From: an uncultured Pseudomonadota bacterium
GTDB lineage: Bacteria > Myxococcota_A > Polyangia > Fen-1088
Direction: 5' to 3'
Length of the DNA: 64,000 bases
NCBI GenBank assembly: GCA_963847705.1
Contig: CAWKBC010000021.1
Coordinates: forward strand, 160,001 to 224,000
Position numbers and translations under genes: made by a program. The notes below the pieces were generated by a model, which saw only the letters and a program-made list of their open reading frames with translations, had not been told where the DNA came from and did not search any database. Shown here piece by piece: positions 20,323 to 30,597 of the stretch. The first letter of the stretch is position 1, and each line of letters starts with the position of its first letter.

Positions 20323-20451
20323 ACATCCAAGATGGAGAAACGCCGGTCAGAACCGCGCGATCCTTCGGTCATATTCGCGTCAGCCACAGCCGTCGGGCTC
20401 AGGATCCTTCTTACGCCGGGCCCCACCGGTGGCTAGTCTCTGTCTGCGCCG

Positions 20452-21171
20452 ATGACGATGAGGATCCACCCGTACCGCCCTGCCAGATCGCTGGCCGCCA
20501 ATCTGTGGCAGGTGGAGGGGTCGCTGGCCAACGGGCTGCCGCGCAACATGACGGTCTACCGCCTGCCCGACGGGCGGCTGCTGCTCTATAGCGTGGTGGC
20601 GATGCACCCGGCGGACATGGAAGCGCTCGAGAAGCTGGGCCGCCCGGCGATCCTGGTGATGCCGCACGATCGCCACCAGATGGACGCGCCGTTTTACAAG
20701 CGCCGCTACCCTGACCTCCGGGTCCTCGCGCCCGACCCCCGGCACCCCCGCAAGGTCCCGGTCGACGGCGATCTCGGCGAGCTCGCAGCGTTCGGGATCA
20801 ACGCCTACGTTCTGCCGGGCACGACCTATCACGAGGCCGTCCTGGAGCTCCCCATCGACGGTGGCCAAGGCGGCCAAGGTGGGATGTCAGGCATCGCGCT
20901 CTGCACCACCGAGCTCCTGGGAAACCTCGGCGGCCTTCCGGGGCTGCCGCGCCTGATGCGTCTGCTGCTGCGCCTCATCGGCCCTCCGGGCGGCGGGCTG
21001 GGGGTGGCGCGCGTGGTGAGATGGCGGGAGGTCTCCGATCGCGAACGCGTCCGCGCCTGGATGAAATCGCTGGCCGAGCGCCCGGAGCTGCGCATGGTGC
21101 TGGTGGGGCACGGCAGCCCGGTCACCGAGGATGCGCGCGCCTCCCTGCGGCGCGCCGCCGCCCACGTTTGA
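20452..21171 (+). CDS. hypothetical protein, metallo-beta-lactamase-like/DUF4336-like
   Basis: RNMTVYRLPDGRLLLYS, PHDRHQMD, VLVGHG. Confidence 0.65.
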   Translation: MTMRIHPYRPARSLAANLWQVEGSLANGLPRNMTVYRLPDGRLLLYSVVAMHPADMEALEKLGRPAILVMPHDRHQMDAPFYKRRYPDLRVLAPDPRHPRKVPVDGDLGELAAFGINAYVLPGTTYHEAVLELPIDGGQGGQGGMSGIALCTTELLGNLGGLPGLPRLMRLLLRLIGPPGGGLGVARVVRWREVSDRERVRAWMKSLAERPELRMVLVGHGSPVTEDARASLRRAAAHV

Positions 21172-21364
21172 AGGCAAGCCACCGCGATGGGCACAGTCGA
21201 TGTGATCATCGTGGGCGCGGGGACGCCGGCCTCGGCGCCCTGCGCCGCTGTCGGCGCCGCCGGACTGGCGACGCGGCGGGCCGCGCGCCAGATCAGCCAC
21301 TTCCTCGTTCTGCGGACGTGCTTAGGTTTTTGCCTTAGTGACAGCACAAGCAGAGGGAGAGAAC

Positions 21365-21676
21365 ATGAACAAGATACGTGGACTGGTCGTGGGAGTTTTG
21401 CTGGCGGTGTGGTGTTTCCCGGCGCTGAGCTCGGCCAAGGGCCTGCCTCCCGCGTCGCCGACCCCTCCGGCGTTCGTCGCGACGGGGACGACCGCGGCGG
21501 AGACGACGGCGGCTTCGTCGAACGCGTCGTCGACCGACGGGCAGGCGGCGAGCCTCGCCCAGCGTGAACAACAGTCGTCCAATCTTCAGGACTTCAAGGG
21601 TGGTGCCGCGGTCATCTTCATTGGCGGCGGGACGGTGCTGGTTCTGGTGATCATCCTTCTGATCCTTCTCATCTGA
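21365..21676 (+). CDS. small exported protein with C-terminal hydrophobic helix
   Basis: RBS GAGGGAG, signal peptide, LQDFKGG followed by hydrophobic tail. Confidence 0.75.
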   Translation: MNKIRGLVVGVLLAVWCFPALSSAKGLPPASPTPPAFVATGTTAAETTAASSNASSTDGQAASLAQREQQSSNLQDFKGGAAVIFIGGGTVLVLVIILLILLI

Positions 21677-21686
21677 GGCGACGGGC

Positions 21687-22028
21687 ATGAACGACCGAGG
21701 GAGAGTCCACCACTGGAGCGCCTACGTGTTCGGCGCGCTCGGCGCGCAGGAGCTGGACGAATTCGGCGAGGCGATCAGGTCTCCCTGCATCACCCCCGCC
21801 GAGGTCCGACGGCTCACCGAGGCGATGGCCGAACGGGCGCGTTCCTACTTCGCAGATGGCGAGGGAGATCGGGACAACGGTGAGTGGGCTGCCCTCGGAA
21901 TGCTGGATGGCGCCGACGCCGAGCTGGCGGGCCTCCAACCCCACCGGACGCCACGCCCCCGCCGGGGGAGCGTGCGCTCGGCGGGTGTCACGGAGGACAC
22001 GCTGGTGTCGACCGCCACGGCCGCCTGA
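21687..22028 (+). CDS. hypothetical protein
   Basis: ATG 10 bp after previous stop, GC3-biased. Confidence 0.45.
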   Translation: MNDRGRVHHWSAYVFGALGAQELDEFGEAIRSPCITPAEVRRLTEAMAERARSYFADGEGDRDNGEWAALGMLDGADAELAGLQPHRTPRPRRGSVRSAGVTEDTLVSTATAA

Positions 22029-22110
22029 TTCTCGCTGCGCCCCTTGCGGCGCCCGCGGCGCGACTCACTCTTTTGAGGCCGCGCTGGCGTGGCGATCAAG
22101 AGGTGGAGCG

Positions 22111-22680
22111 ATGAATCGGAAGAGCAAGTTGACGATCGGTGTCGCGACCGCGGCCCTTGCGGTCCTTTCTTTGGTGGGCGCCAGGGCCTTTTCTGCCGCG
22201 CCGGACAAGTACAGCCTGAAGGTGCCGGGCGGCCTGGCCTTCGCCGAGTTCAAGGGATACGAAAACTGGCAGCTCGTCTCCATCAGTCAAAACGGAAAGC
22301 TGATGGCGGCGATCCTCGGCAATCCGACGATCATCGAGGCCTTTCGGGCCGGCATCCCGGTCAACGGCAAGCCTTTCCCCGACGGCTCCAAGATGGCCAA
22401 GATCCACTGGATCCCGAAGGTGAACGAGAACGCCCCCGGTCCGCCCACGGTGCCGGGCATCCAGCACGACGCCGACTTCATGGTGAAGGACAGCAAGCGG
22501 TTCCCGGACAGCGGCGGGTGGGGATATGCCGCCTTCGAGCACGACGCCGCCTCGGACACGTTCGCGCCCGCCACCATGGCGGCCCATCCCCCGCAGGGGA
22601 ACGACGCCAAGTGCGGCGCCGCCTGCCACACTAAGGCACAGGCGCGGGACTTCGTCTTCACCGAATACGCGAAGCGCTGA
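22111..22680 (+). CDS. cytochrome P460 family protein
   Basis: Signal peptide, FPDGSKMAKIHW, FMVKDSKRF, GGWGYA, CGAACH. Confidence 0.9.
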   Translation: MNRKSKLTIGVATAALAVLSLVGARAFSAAPDKYSLKVPGGLAFAEFKGYENWQLVSISQNGKLMAAILGNPTIIEAFRAGIPVNGKPFPDGSKMAKIHWIPKVNENAPGPPTVPGIQHDADFMVKDSKRFPDSGGWGYAAFEHDAASDTFAPATMAAHPPQGNDAKCGAACHTKAQARDFVFTEYAKR

Positions 22681-22935
22681 CCAGCGGGTCGGCCCCGGGG
22701 GCCGCTGCTGCCCGAACCGCTGTCTGGTCGGCGATGACTGGCGACCTCGTCAGCGGCGGGATTGCCGGCCTGTTTCGGCCGCATCGAGATGACTGCCTTG
22801 AGTGGGTGAAGGGCGCGCCGAGTGGTCCGTCGCGCGCGAGGTGGTGGTCGGTCTGGCCGAGGATCTGCTCGTCGAAGATGACTCCAACTGAAACCTCATC
22901 GGGCATTCGAAGAGCCCGGCCTGACCGTCGGGGCG

Positions 22936-23416
22936 CTATTCGGCGGCGCGAAGGTCGTGGTGCTGGGCCTCCGTGATGGCGATGTCCCCCGTCTCGAGCA
23001 GGGACTTCAGGTTGGAGAGGACGCGCGGCCAGCCGCCCGACACGGCCTTGATGAGCTTGGACTCCGGTCGTTCGAGCTCGTGGGTGACGGTGAGCTTCAC
23101 CGCGCGGCCCACCGGCTCGAGCTCCATGGTGCAGCGGCCCAGGCCCCTCGGCCTTGAGCTCGGGCTTCCATTCGTTCTGCCACCGGATGACCAGCCGTCG
23201 CGGCGGATCGATCTCCAGGATCTCCCCCGAGTCCGTCAGACCTCCGTCCGAGCCGATCAGCTTCCAGGGCGATCCCTTCTTCCACCCGGACGCGACGGCC
23301 GTTCCGAACCAGTACTGGCGGGTGAACTGCGGGTCGGTCAGCGCCTCCCACAGTTTCACCGGTGTCGTGCGAATGAAGGTGACGTAGACGAAGCTGCTGC
23401 GGTCGGCTGCGCTCAT
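22936..23416 (-). pseudogene. SRPBCC domain protein, frameshifted near 23137-23147 (possibly sequencing error)
   Basis: FVYVTFIRTTPVKLWEALTDP then RCTMELEP...GGWPRVLSNLKSLLETG after a one-base shift in a G run. Confidence 0.8.
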
Positions 23417-23763
23417 GGCGTTCTCCTGGTCTTGGGTGTTCTCGTGCCGCCGTCTTCCAGGCGGTGCTTCAGGTCGCGCAGGGCCTCGAGGCGCGGCCTT
23501 TCGAACTTGCAGATCCAGCGGTCGTAGATCTCCTGCAGCGGCACCGGATTGAGGAAGTGCAGCTTCTCGCGCCCGCGCCACTGCACCGCCACCAGGTTGG
23601 CCGCCTCGAGCAGCGCGAGGTGCTGGGTGACCCCCTGGCGGGTCATGTCCAGGTGCCGGCACAGCTCGCTGAGCGTCTGGCCGTCGTGGGCGTGCAGACG
23701 GTCCATGAGCTTTCGCCGCCCGGGATCGGCAAGGGCCTTGAACAGGAGATCGGCGTCGGACAC
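23413..23763 (-). CDS. ArsR family regulator
   Basis: FKALADPGRRKL...MTRQGVTQHL; GTG start at 23763 preferred over TTG 23781, which lies in the operator. Confidence 0.9.
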   Translation of the reverse strand: MSDADLLFKALADPGRRKLMDRLHAHDGQTLSELCRHLDMTRQGVTQHLALLEAANLVAVQWRGREKLHFLNPVPLQEIYDRWICKFERPRLEALRDLKHRLEDGGTRTPKTRRTP

Positions 23764-23776
23764 GGGCGAGATGATA

Positions 23777-23793
23777 GGCAAGTGAATACTTGC
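23777..23793. promoter_or_regulatory. ArsR operator palindrome
   Basis: GCAAGT-GAAT-ACTTGC directly upstream of arsR. Confidence 0.7.
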
Positions 23794-24198
23794 ATGTCAA
23801 GGCCGGCTGAAGACCGGCTCCAAGGACCCAGCTGGAAGGCCGGCCCGAAGGCCGGCTCAAACCCCGGGGCAGCAATGGCTCACGGCAGGCGCTCTGCCCG
23901 TCGGCCACCGGTCGAGGTGCGCGGTTCTGGAGGCCGGTCGCGGACCGCTGGATCCCCACCGTCAGCCAGACACCTGACGAAGCTCAGGCTGGAAGCTGGA
24001 GATCCGGCCGCGCGTCGGCGGTCAGCGCCCGCTTCGACGCGCTTCTGGAGGCTGCCATCGTCCCCGCCCGTGGTTGTCAGCCCGCGGTTGCATCAACGAC
24101 AACCGGTGCGTCGCCACTCCATCCGCCCTTGACGCCCGACGCCGTGGCGACACCTTGCCACGAGGTCGCGAGGTCGCGAGGTCGAAAGGGAGGCCGGC

Positions 24199-25344
24199 AT
24201 GGAGATGGAAGGGCGGGGAAGCACCGGGCAGGACCTGCGGCGGATCGGTATTCATCCTGATTTTTGGTATCCGCTGGCCCGGTCGAAGGACCTGCGGCCC
24301 GGGCACACCCACCTGGCGACCTTCGCCGGCGAGCCGATCGTCCTGGCGCGCACCGAGACGGGCCAGGTCTTCGCGCTCGACGATCGCTGCGCGCACCGCC
24401 AGTTTCCGCTGCACAAGGGCGTCGTCTGCGGCGAGATGCTGAGGTGCGCCTACCACGCCTGGACCTACCAGCAGGACGGGCAGATTGCGGCGGTGCCGTA
24501 CTTGCCGAAGGGGGCGGCGCGACCGTCTGGCGTCAGGAGCTATCCCTGCCGCGAGGCCTACGGTCACCTGTTCGTCTTTCCGGGCCAGCGCGAGAAGGCC
24601 GCGCAGGTGCCGCTCCCCGCGCTGCCCGGCTACGAGGCGCCGAACACCCGCACGATGGCCTTCTGGCGCCAGGTCAGGTGTCACTACTCGTTCATGCACG
24701 AGAACCTGATGGACATGAACCATCAGTTCCTTCACCGGGGCATCATGGGCACCATCAAACCGACGATGCTCGGGTTCGAACGCGGGCCCGACTGGGTCGA
24801 GGCGCGCTACCGGTTTCGGCACACGGCCGGCAAGCCCGCGCGGGGCGCCCGGCTGATGCTGGCAGGCAGCGGCAACGGCGCCCCCGCCTCCGGCGACGGG
24901 CACGCCCCGGAGGGCGGCGGCGATCTGATGACCATCCGCACCGCCTATCCCTACCAGACCTTGAGCCTCTTCCGCGGCGGGGCCTCGCACCCGTCGTTCC
25001 ATCTGTGGGCGGCGTACGTTCCCGTCGATCGCGAGCAGCGCGCCAACACCAGCATGGGTCTGTTGACCATCGAAAAGCCCTCCGTCCCGGGCCTGATCAA
25101 CATCTTCTGGCCACTCATCCGCCGCTTCGCCGAGGCGGTGTTCACCGAGGACCGGGCCGCGGTCGAGGCCGAGCAACAGGCGTACGATCGGCAACAGGCC
25201 GACCGCAACCAGGAGATCAATCCGGTGATCCTCGCGCTGCGCGAGGTGCTGCTTCGCAACGGCGTCCCGTTTGCGGACGCGCGCGCGCCGCTGCCCGCGC
25301 CTCCCGACGGGCTCGGCGTGACCCCAGCGGACAGCGGTCCCTGA
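24199..25344 (+). CDS. Rieske non-heme iron oxygenase alpha subunit (VanA-like)
   Basis: CAHR...CAYHAW Rieske motif, ENLMDMNHQFLH iron motif, EDR. Confidence 0.92.
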   Translation: MEMEGRGSTGQDLRRIGIHPDFWYPLARSKDLRPGHTHLATFAGEPIVLARTETGQVFALDDRCAHRQFPLHKGVVCGEMLRCAYHAWTYQQDGQIAAVPYLPKGAARPSGVRSYPCREAYGHLFVFPGQREKAAQVPLPALPGYEAPNTRTMAFWRQVRCHYSFMHENLMDMNHQFLHRGIMGTIKPTMLGFERGPDWVEARYRFRHTAGKPARGARLMLAGSGNGAPASGDGHAPEGGGDLMTIRTAYPYQTLSLFRGGASHPSFHLWAAYVPVDREQRANTSMGLLTIEKPSVPGLINIFWPLIRRFAEAVFTEDRAAVEAEQQAYDRQQADRNQEINPVILALREVLLRNGVPFADARAPLPAPPDGLGVTPADSGP

Positions 25345-25378
25345 CGGGGAGCGTGCCGTCTTCGTGGCGCCTCGGCCG

Positions 25379-27361
25379 CTACTTCGACATCACGAGGAGG
25401 GCCACCGAGTTGGCGGCCAGAGAGAACCCCGTGAGGGTTCCGTTCGTCAGCGCCACGGCCGTGTCGGGCGCCGGGGCGCCGCCGCCGACCATCCGGTAGA
25501 CCTGCGCAGAGCCCGTTGGCGTGAAGTTCTTGAGGGTGACGGAGAGGCCCGATTGCGCAGCGCCGCTCACGTTCACGAGCATGACCCAGACCTTGGTCGG
25601 GGCGGCCGGCGAATCCGACGCCGCGTAGACGTTGACGCCCGCGTTGGGGCTGGCCGCGCCGATCGAGAACGCACCGAAGCGCGCGCCGTTGCCGTCGTAG
25701 CTCCGGTACATGGCCATGGCGTTGTAGATGGGCAGGTGGGTCGACCCGTGAACGAGCGTGGTCCAGTACGAGGCGACCTGGTACCCGAGCCGCCCGTACA
25801 TCCCGAGGATGTCGGCCTCCTGCGTTCCCGTCGTGGCGTCCGGCGTGCTGCCGTCGCCACCGTCCTTGGGGACGTTGTACTCGCTGACGCAGATGCCGGT
25901 CCCGGGATAGGTTGCGTTGATCCACCCCTGCACGTGCGGAACGACCGACGTGCCCGTCGCGTCCCAGAGCGCCGAGGTGTCCCCCAGGCCCTTGCCGGGG
26001 AAGGGGTAGTGCATGTCGACGCAGTCGAGCGGCCGGACGTGCGTCGCCGCCTCCTGGGCGGCGGCGAGCTTCAAGATCGCCGTCGTCAGTGAGTTGCTGA
26101 CGCTGTACGGCCCGGTCGGGTTGCCGCACTCGACGTTGGGGAGCGCCACCAGGTCCTGGGAATTTTCGGTGGACATGAAGAGAACCGAAGCGGTCGGGTC
26201 GGCCGCCTTGATCGCCTTGGCGTAGGCCATGGTGCGGTTGATGAAGTCCTGGTTGAGGCTGGTCCCGATGCTGGTGTTGGTCGTGTAGAAGGGCTCACAC
26301 CAGGTGCCCGGGGGATAGAACGCCGGATAGATGTCGGCGCGGAGGGCCTGCCAGTTGTCGGGCTCGTTGTCGAGCTGGTAGTACCTCACGCCGCCATTGG
26401 CGGCCGAGCCGAACGTCGACACCAGGTGCGTGACCCAGGCGCCCATGAACGACGTATCGAGCACGCCCGAGCCCTTGTCGACCACCTCCTCTTCGGAGGT
26501 CCCCAGCGTCTGGCAACAGGTGGAGATGGAGCTGCTGCCGGCGCAGTCCGGCGTCCCCGGATTGGGCGTCGCCATGCTGGCCACCCATCCGGTGATGGGG
26601 ATCGTCATCAGCGTGTCGGCATGCTGGGTGATGTTGTAGTGGACGAACTGGTCCGAGCTGGTCGTGAGCGAGGACGCGGGCGTGGGTGAGGTGAAGCGAC
26701 CGACATAGTTCGCGCAGTTCCAGTCGTCACCCGCGTTGGAGACGTCGATCTTCCAGTTGTACGAGCTGGTGGCGTCACCGCCCCACCGGTTGAGCGCGGC
26801 GAGCTTCATCGAGTCGCTGCTGTCGAGCGCCACGCCATAGATCCCGGGTGAGATGGGCGTTCCCTGGGAGCTCGCGTCCACCACGACGCTCGTCGTGCTG
26901 GAGGAGGCGACGCAGGTCTGCGCTGGCCCGCAGAGCTGGGAGGGCGGACAGCCGCCGCAGGTGTGCCCGCACCCGTCGTCGCCGCAGGTCTTGCCGGTGC
27001 AGCTGGAGGAGCAACTCACCCCCTCTCCACCTGCGGTCCCGGCCGATCCGCCGAGGCCGCTCGAGTTACCACCAGAGCCGCCGCTGCCGCCCGTGGCCAC
27101 CGCGCCGCCCGTGCCGGCGCCCCCAGAGCCGCCGCCCCCGGTACCAACAGCTCCGGCGCTGCTGTGGCCGCCGGTGCCGGCGCCCCCAGAGCCGCTCATG
27201 CCGCTGCCCCCGGTACCAACAGCTCCGGCGCTGCTGTGGCCGCCGGTGCCAGAGCCCCCTTGCCCGACCGCCCCTCCCGAGCCGGTCGGCGACGTGACCC
27301 CGGTCTTGGTGCCGCAGCCCAGGAGGGCGCACAGCGTGATCATCGGAGCGAGCGATCTCAT
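25379..27361 (-). CDS. glycoside hydrolase family 44 lipoprotein with Gly-rich linker and Cys-rich module
   Basis: LLGC lipobox, ISPGIYG, RWGGDATSSYNW, YQLDNEP, VSEYN, QADILG-like. Confidence 0.87.
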   Translation of the reverse strand: MRSLAPMITLCALLGCGTKTGVTSPTGSGGAVGQGGSGTGGHSSAGAVGTGGSGMSGSGGAGTGGHSSAGAVGTGGGGSGGAGTGGAVATGGSGGSGGNSSGLGGSAGTAGGEGVSCSSSCTGKTCGDDGCGHTCGGCPPSQLCGPAQTCVASSSTTSVVVDASSQGTPISPGIYGVALDSSDSMKLAALNRWGGDATSSYNWKIDVSNAGDDWNCANYVGRFTSPTPASSLTTSSDQFVHYNITQHADTLMTIPITGWVASMATPNPGTPDCAGSSSISTCCQTLGTSEEEVVDKGSGVLDTSFMGAWVTHLVSTFGSAANGGVRYYQLDNEPDNWQALRADIYPAFYPPGTWCEPFYTTNTSIGTSLNQDFINRTMAYAKAIKAADPTASVLFMSTENSQDLVALPNVECGNPTGPYSVSNSLTTAILKLAAAQEAATHVRPLDCVDMHYPFPGKGLGDTSALWDATGTSVVPHVQGWINATYPGTGICVSEYNVPKDGGDGSTPDATTGTQEADILGMYGRLGYQVASYWTTLVHGSTHLPIYNAMAMYRSYDGNGARFGAFSIGAASPNAGVNVYAASDSPAAPTKVWVMLVNVSGAAQSGLSVTLKNFTPTGSAQVYRMVGGGAPAPDTAVALTNGTLTGFSLAANSVALLVMSK

Positions 27362-27569
27362 CGCGTCTGCTTGGAAAGCGACCACCGGCCGCGGTCGCCT
27401 GGGGACATCGTTCAAGATGCTCTCCTGTTTCTCGATTGGCCGTCGATCGGGCGACCGACACCCACGTCGAGCTCCAGAATACCGCACCACGATGGGTTGC
27501 CGTCGATAATTCCGGAAATCTTCCGCGCGGGCTCCGCGCCGCTGGCGGTGCGCTGGTAAGCTGCCGCGG

Positions 27570-28400
27570 GTGAACCGGATCTCCTTCGCCTCGGTCGAGT
27601 GCTCCGACCCGCGCTTCGAACGAGACGGCCTTCGCGTGATCACGGTGCGCAGCGGCGCGCTCGATCGCCGCGCCGACATGTGCTTTTGGGCGCCGCCGAT
27701 CGGCAACGCTCCGACGACGCTGCCGTTGCTGATCCTGCTCCACGGCTCGGGTGGAAGTGCCTGGTCGTGGCCGCTGAACGGTGGCGCCCACCTGACCGCG
27801 GCGCGGCTCGTCGAGGCCGAGGAGATCGCGCCCGTGGCGCTGGCGATGCCGTCCGACGGCTTGTGGGGCACCGGCAGCGGTTACGTCCCGCATGCCGACG
27901 CCGACTACGAGCGCTGGATTGTGGACGAGGTCCCGGCGGCGGCGGCGCAGCTCGACGCTCGGATCACCGGTTCGTCGCCGCTCACCATCGCCGGCCTCTC
28001 GATGGGCGGGTTCGGAGCGCTCCGGCTGGGGGCCAAATACCCGGACCGCTTCCGCGGCATCTCCGCGCACTCGGCGGTCACGACGCTGGGGCGTCTGGCC
28101 GAGGGGACCGGCGATCGCCTGGAGGCGCTTCCCGGCTTTGGCCAACCGGAGGGCGCCGCGCTGCACTGGCTGGAGGTCAACGCCGCACGCTTGCCGCCGC
28201 TGCGGTTCGACTGCGGCAACGACGATCACCTGCTGCCCGCCAACCGCGCCCTGCACGCCGCGCTGGAAGCGCGCAGCATCGACCACCAGTACGAGGAGTT
28301 CGCGGGCGGCCACGACTGGCTCTACTGGCGCCTGCACCTGGCCGATTCGCTCCGGTTCCTCGATCGGGCGATGGCGCGCGCGCCAGGCGCGGTGCAGTAG
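27570..28400 (+). CDS. putative esterase (alpha/beta hydrolase, CE1-like)
   Basis: LLHG, GLSMGG, DCGNDD, GGHDW. Confidence 0.9.
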   Translation: MNRISFASVECSDPRFERDGLRVITVRSGALDRRADMCFWAPPIGNAPTTLPLLILLHGSGGSAWSWPLNGGAHLTAARLVEAEEIAPVALAMPSDGLWGTGSGYVPHADADYERWIVDEVPAAAAQLDARITGSSPLTIAGLSMGGFGALRLGAKYPDRFRGISAHSAVTTLGRLAEGTGDRLEALPGFGQPEGAALHWLEVNAARLPPLRFDCGNDDHLLPANRALHAALEARSIDHQYEEFAGGHDWLYWRLHLADSLRFLDRAMARAPGAVQ

Positions 28401-28463
28401 GCCGAGTCGACCGCCGTGTCAGTCGGCTGACCGCTTAACCATTGCCGAGGGTGCCGCGTCCTC

Positions 28464-30389
28464 TTGCCGGTGCCTCGGCAAGGGTGGTTCGCAGCGGTGG
28501 TGGTGGTGCTCGGTCTGGGCGGGTGTGGGGTGGTCTCCTTCCCGCATCCGATGACCGCCGCGGACCTCGCCACCCTCGACTCGGGTGACGCGCTGGTCGC
28601 CTACCTCGCGCAGCGCGACGCCAGCGCGGCTGTTTGCGACCTCCGTTCGACGGGGCCGCACCTGGCCGCGTTCGACGAGGAGATGGCGACGACGCTGGTT
28701 CAGGGCCTCGACGCGGGGAAGGTGGACCCGTCGCTCGGCCGCGCCTGCATCGACGCCGCGCTGGAGGGGGGCTCGCAGGCGGGCGCGGTGCAGCTCGTCG
28801 ACGCCGTCGCGCGCGGCATCCATTCCCTGGCGAACGACAGCGCCCTCGAGACGTCGGGCGCGGTCGAGGAGCGGCTGGCGATCCTCCAGTCCATCTACAT
28901 CGAGAGGCCCAGCGGAAAAGACGGCGATCCGAAGACGATGGACCGCATCTTCGAGCAGCTTCGCCGGAAGTTCTGGGGCGGGCGATTCGGCCAGGTCGGT
29001 GCGCGCTACATCAACGTGCTCCTGGGCGTGGTCGATCTCGAGCAGGGACGCTACGGCGGACGGCCCGTCGACCTGGCGACGATCGACGGCCTCGCCGCGC
29101 GCCGCGCCGAGACGCTGCTGCGCCGCTTCGCCGATCGACTCCCCACACCGGCGCTCCGGGTCGCGTCCCAGCGACAGCTGGTCCGCTTGCGGATTGCCGC
29201 CTCGCTCTTCCCGGAGGTGCGGGCGCAGGCCGCGGCGGTCGAGGCGCGGGTCATGCAGCAAGGGATCAACCGCGTCTCGCTGACCGACGAGCCCGCCGTC
29301 AGCGCCTCGGTCGACGCCGCGAAGCTGCCGGCGCGCAACATCCTGGTGAGGCAGGACCTCACGAGCCAGTCGGCGACGCTGTTCGGCTACGTGACGGGAC
29401 GAAACGATCTGTCGGTCATTCCCAACCTGTCGCTCGGCGGCGCGCTGTGGGTGACGGTGACCGGGCTGTCGCGCCCGATCACCATCTGCGGCTCCCCGCG
29501 CTCCTACGATCCCACGCCGTGCCTCGGCGCCGACGACGTCACGCTGGAGAACCCCTTCGCGGCCTCCGAGCACGACGGGACGTTTCACTTCCGCGACCAG
29601 GCCAGCGAGGCCGAGGTCGTCGGCCTGACGCAGTCGGATTCGTTCCCGCTTGCGATCGACGTCGGCGGCCACCGGCTGGTCTCTCTCACCTGGGCGCTTC
29701 GTTTTCAACGTCCGGACGATCTGGTCCTCTCCCCCAGCGTCGGTCGCGGGCCGGACCTGCAAGTGACGGTCGACCACGCCGATCCGTACCTCTACGTGTT
29801 CACCGTGAGGGAGGGACGCCACTTTTCCCGCGCCGTCATCGAAAAGACCGATCTCGCCGGGTTTCACGTCGTCTCGCGGGGAGCGACCGGAGCGCCCGGG
29901 ATGGACGGGGCCCCCGGCATGGACGGCACCGACGGCTCCGACGGAACCTCCGCCAGCTGCCCCTCGATGTCGGGCGGCGACGGCACCGACGGCACCGACG
30001 GCGGCAACGGGGGCGACGGCGGTCCGGGCGGCCCCGGTGGCGACGGCGGCAACGTCTTCGTGCGGTTCCAATGTGGCGCGGCCGCTTGCTCGAATGATGA
30101 CCTGGCGTTGTTGCGCCGGGTCGTCCTCAGCCAGGGCGGCCCCGGCGGCGCAGGGGGCTCCGGCGGTCGCGCCGGCCGGGGAGGACGCGGTGGCGCAGGC
30201 GGCTCGGGGGCGACCTGCGTCGACCCCTCGGACGGCTCGAGCAGCAGCCTGAGCGGAGGGAACAGCGGCAGGAGCGGCAACAACGGCTTTCCGGGCAGCG
30301 ACGGCCCGGCCGGGGCGCCGGGACGGCCGGGGACGGTGCGGATCGAGCTGGCGGCGGCACAACAACCGCCCGGCCGCCACGCTCAGTAG
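28464..30389 (+). CDS. hypothetical lipoprotein with collagen-like Gly-X-Y C-terminus
   Basis: LGGC lipobox; GAPGMDGAPGMDGTDG and GGPGGAGG repeats. Confidence 0.75.
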   Translation: MPVPRQGWFAAVVVVLGLGGCGVVSFPHPMTAADLATLDSGDALVAYLAQRDASAAVCDLRSTGPHLAAFDEEMATTLVQGLDAGKVDPSLGRACIDAALEGGSQAGAVQLVDAVARGIHSLANDSALETSGAVEERLAILQSIYIERPSGKDGDPKTMDRIFEQLRRKFWGGRFGQVGARYINVLLGVVDLEQGRYGGRPVDLATIDGLAARRAETLLRRFADRLPTPALRVASQRQLVRLRIAASLFPEVRAQAAAVEARVMQQGINRVSLTDEPAVSASVDAAKLPARNILVRQDLTSQSATLFGYVTGRNDLSVIPNLSLGGALWVTVTGLSRPITICGSPRSYDPTPCLGADDVTLENPFAASEHDGTFHFRDQASEAEVVGLTQSDSFPLAIDVGGHRLVSLTWALRFQRPDDLVLSPSVGRGPDLQVTVDHADPYLYVFTVREGRHFSRAVIEKTDLAGFHVVSRGATGAPGMDGAPGMDGTDGSDGTSASCPSMSGGDGTDGTDGGNGGDGGPGGPGGDGGNVFVRFQCGAAACSNDDLALLRRVVLSQGGPGGAGGSGGRAGRGGRGGAGGSGATCVDPSDGSSSSLSGGNSGRSGNNGFPGSDGPAGAPGRPGTVRIELAAAQQPPGRHAQ

Positions 30390-30597
30390 GGTCCTTTACT
30401 TAGTCGCGTGAGCGTCGACGGGCTTTGCCCGGCGATGCTCGTCGCGGGGGATTTAAAGGACCCTCCCAGGGTCCTTTGTTTAATAGTCGCGTGAGCGTCG
30501 ACGGGCTTTGCCCGGCGATGCTCGTCGCGGGGGATTTGCCCGGCGATGCTCGTCGCGGGGGATTTAACGGACCCTCCCAGGGTCCTTTATTTAATAG
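30389..30597. repeat. composite REP-like intergenic repeat
   Basis: Two units of about 80-110 bp, three copies of TTTGCCCGGCGATGCTCGTCGCGGGGGAT, hairpin AAAGGACCC-TCCCA-GGGTCCTTT. Confidence 0.85.

Noticed and set aside
23799-23862. Short AAGGCCGGCT-like repeats as a functional array
   Set aside because: Only about 5 degenerate 11-14 bp units in GC-rich DNA; no further support
30389-30597. CRISPR array
   Set aside because: Inter-repeat sequences are themselves repeated; only 2-3 copies
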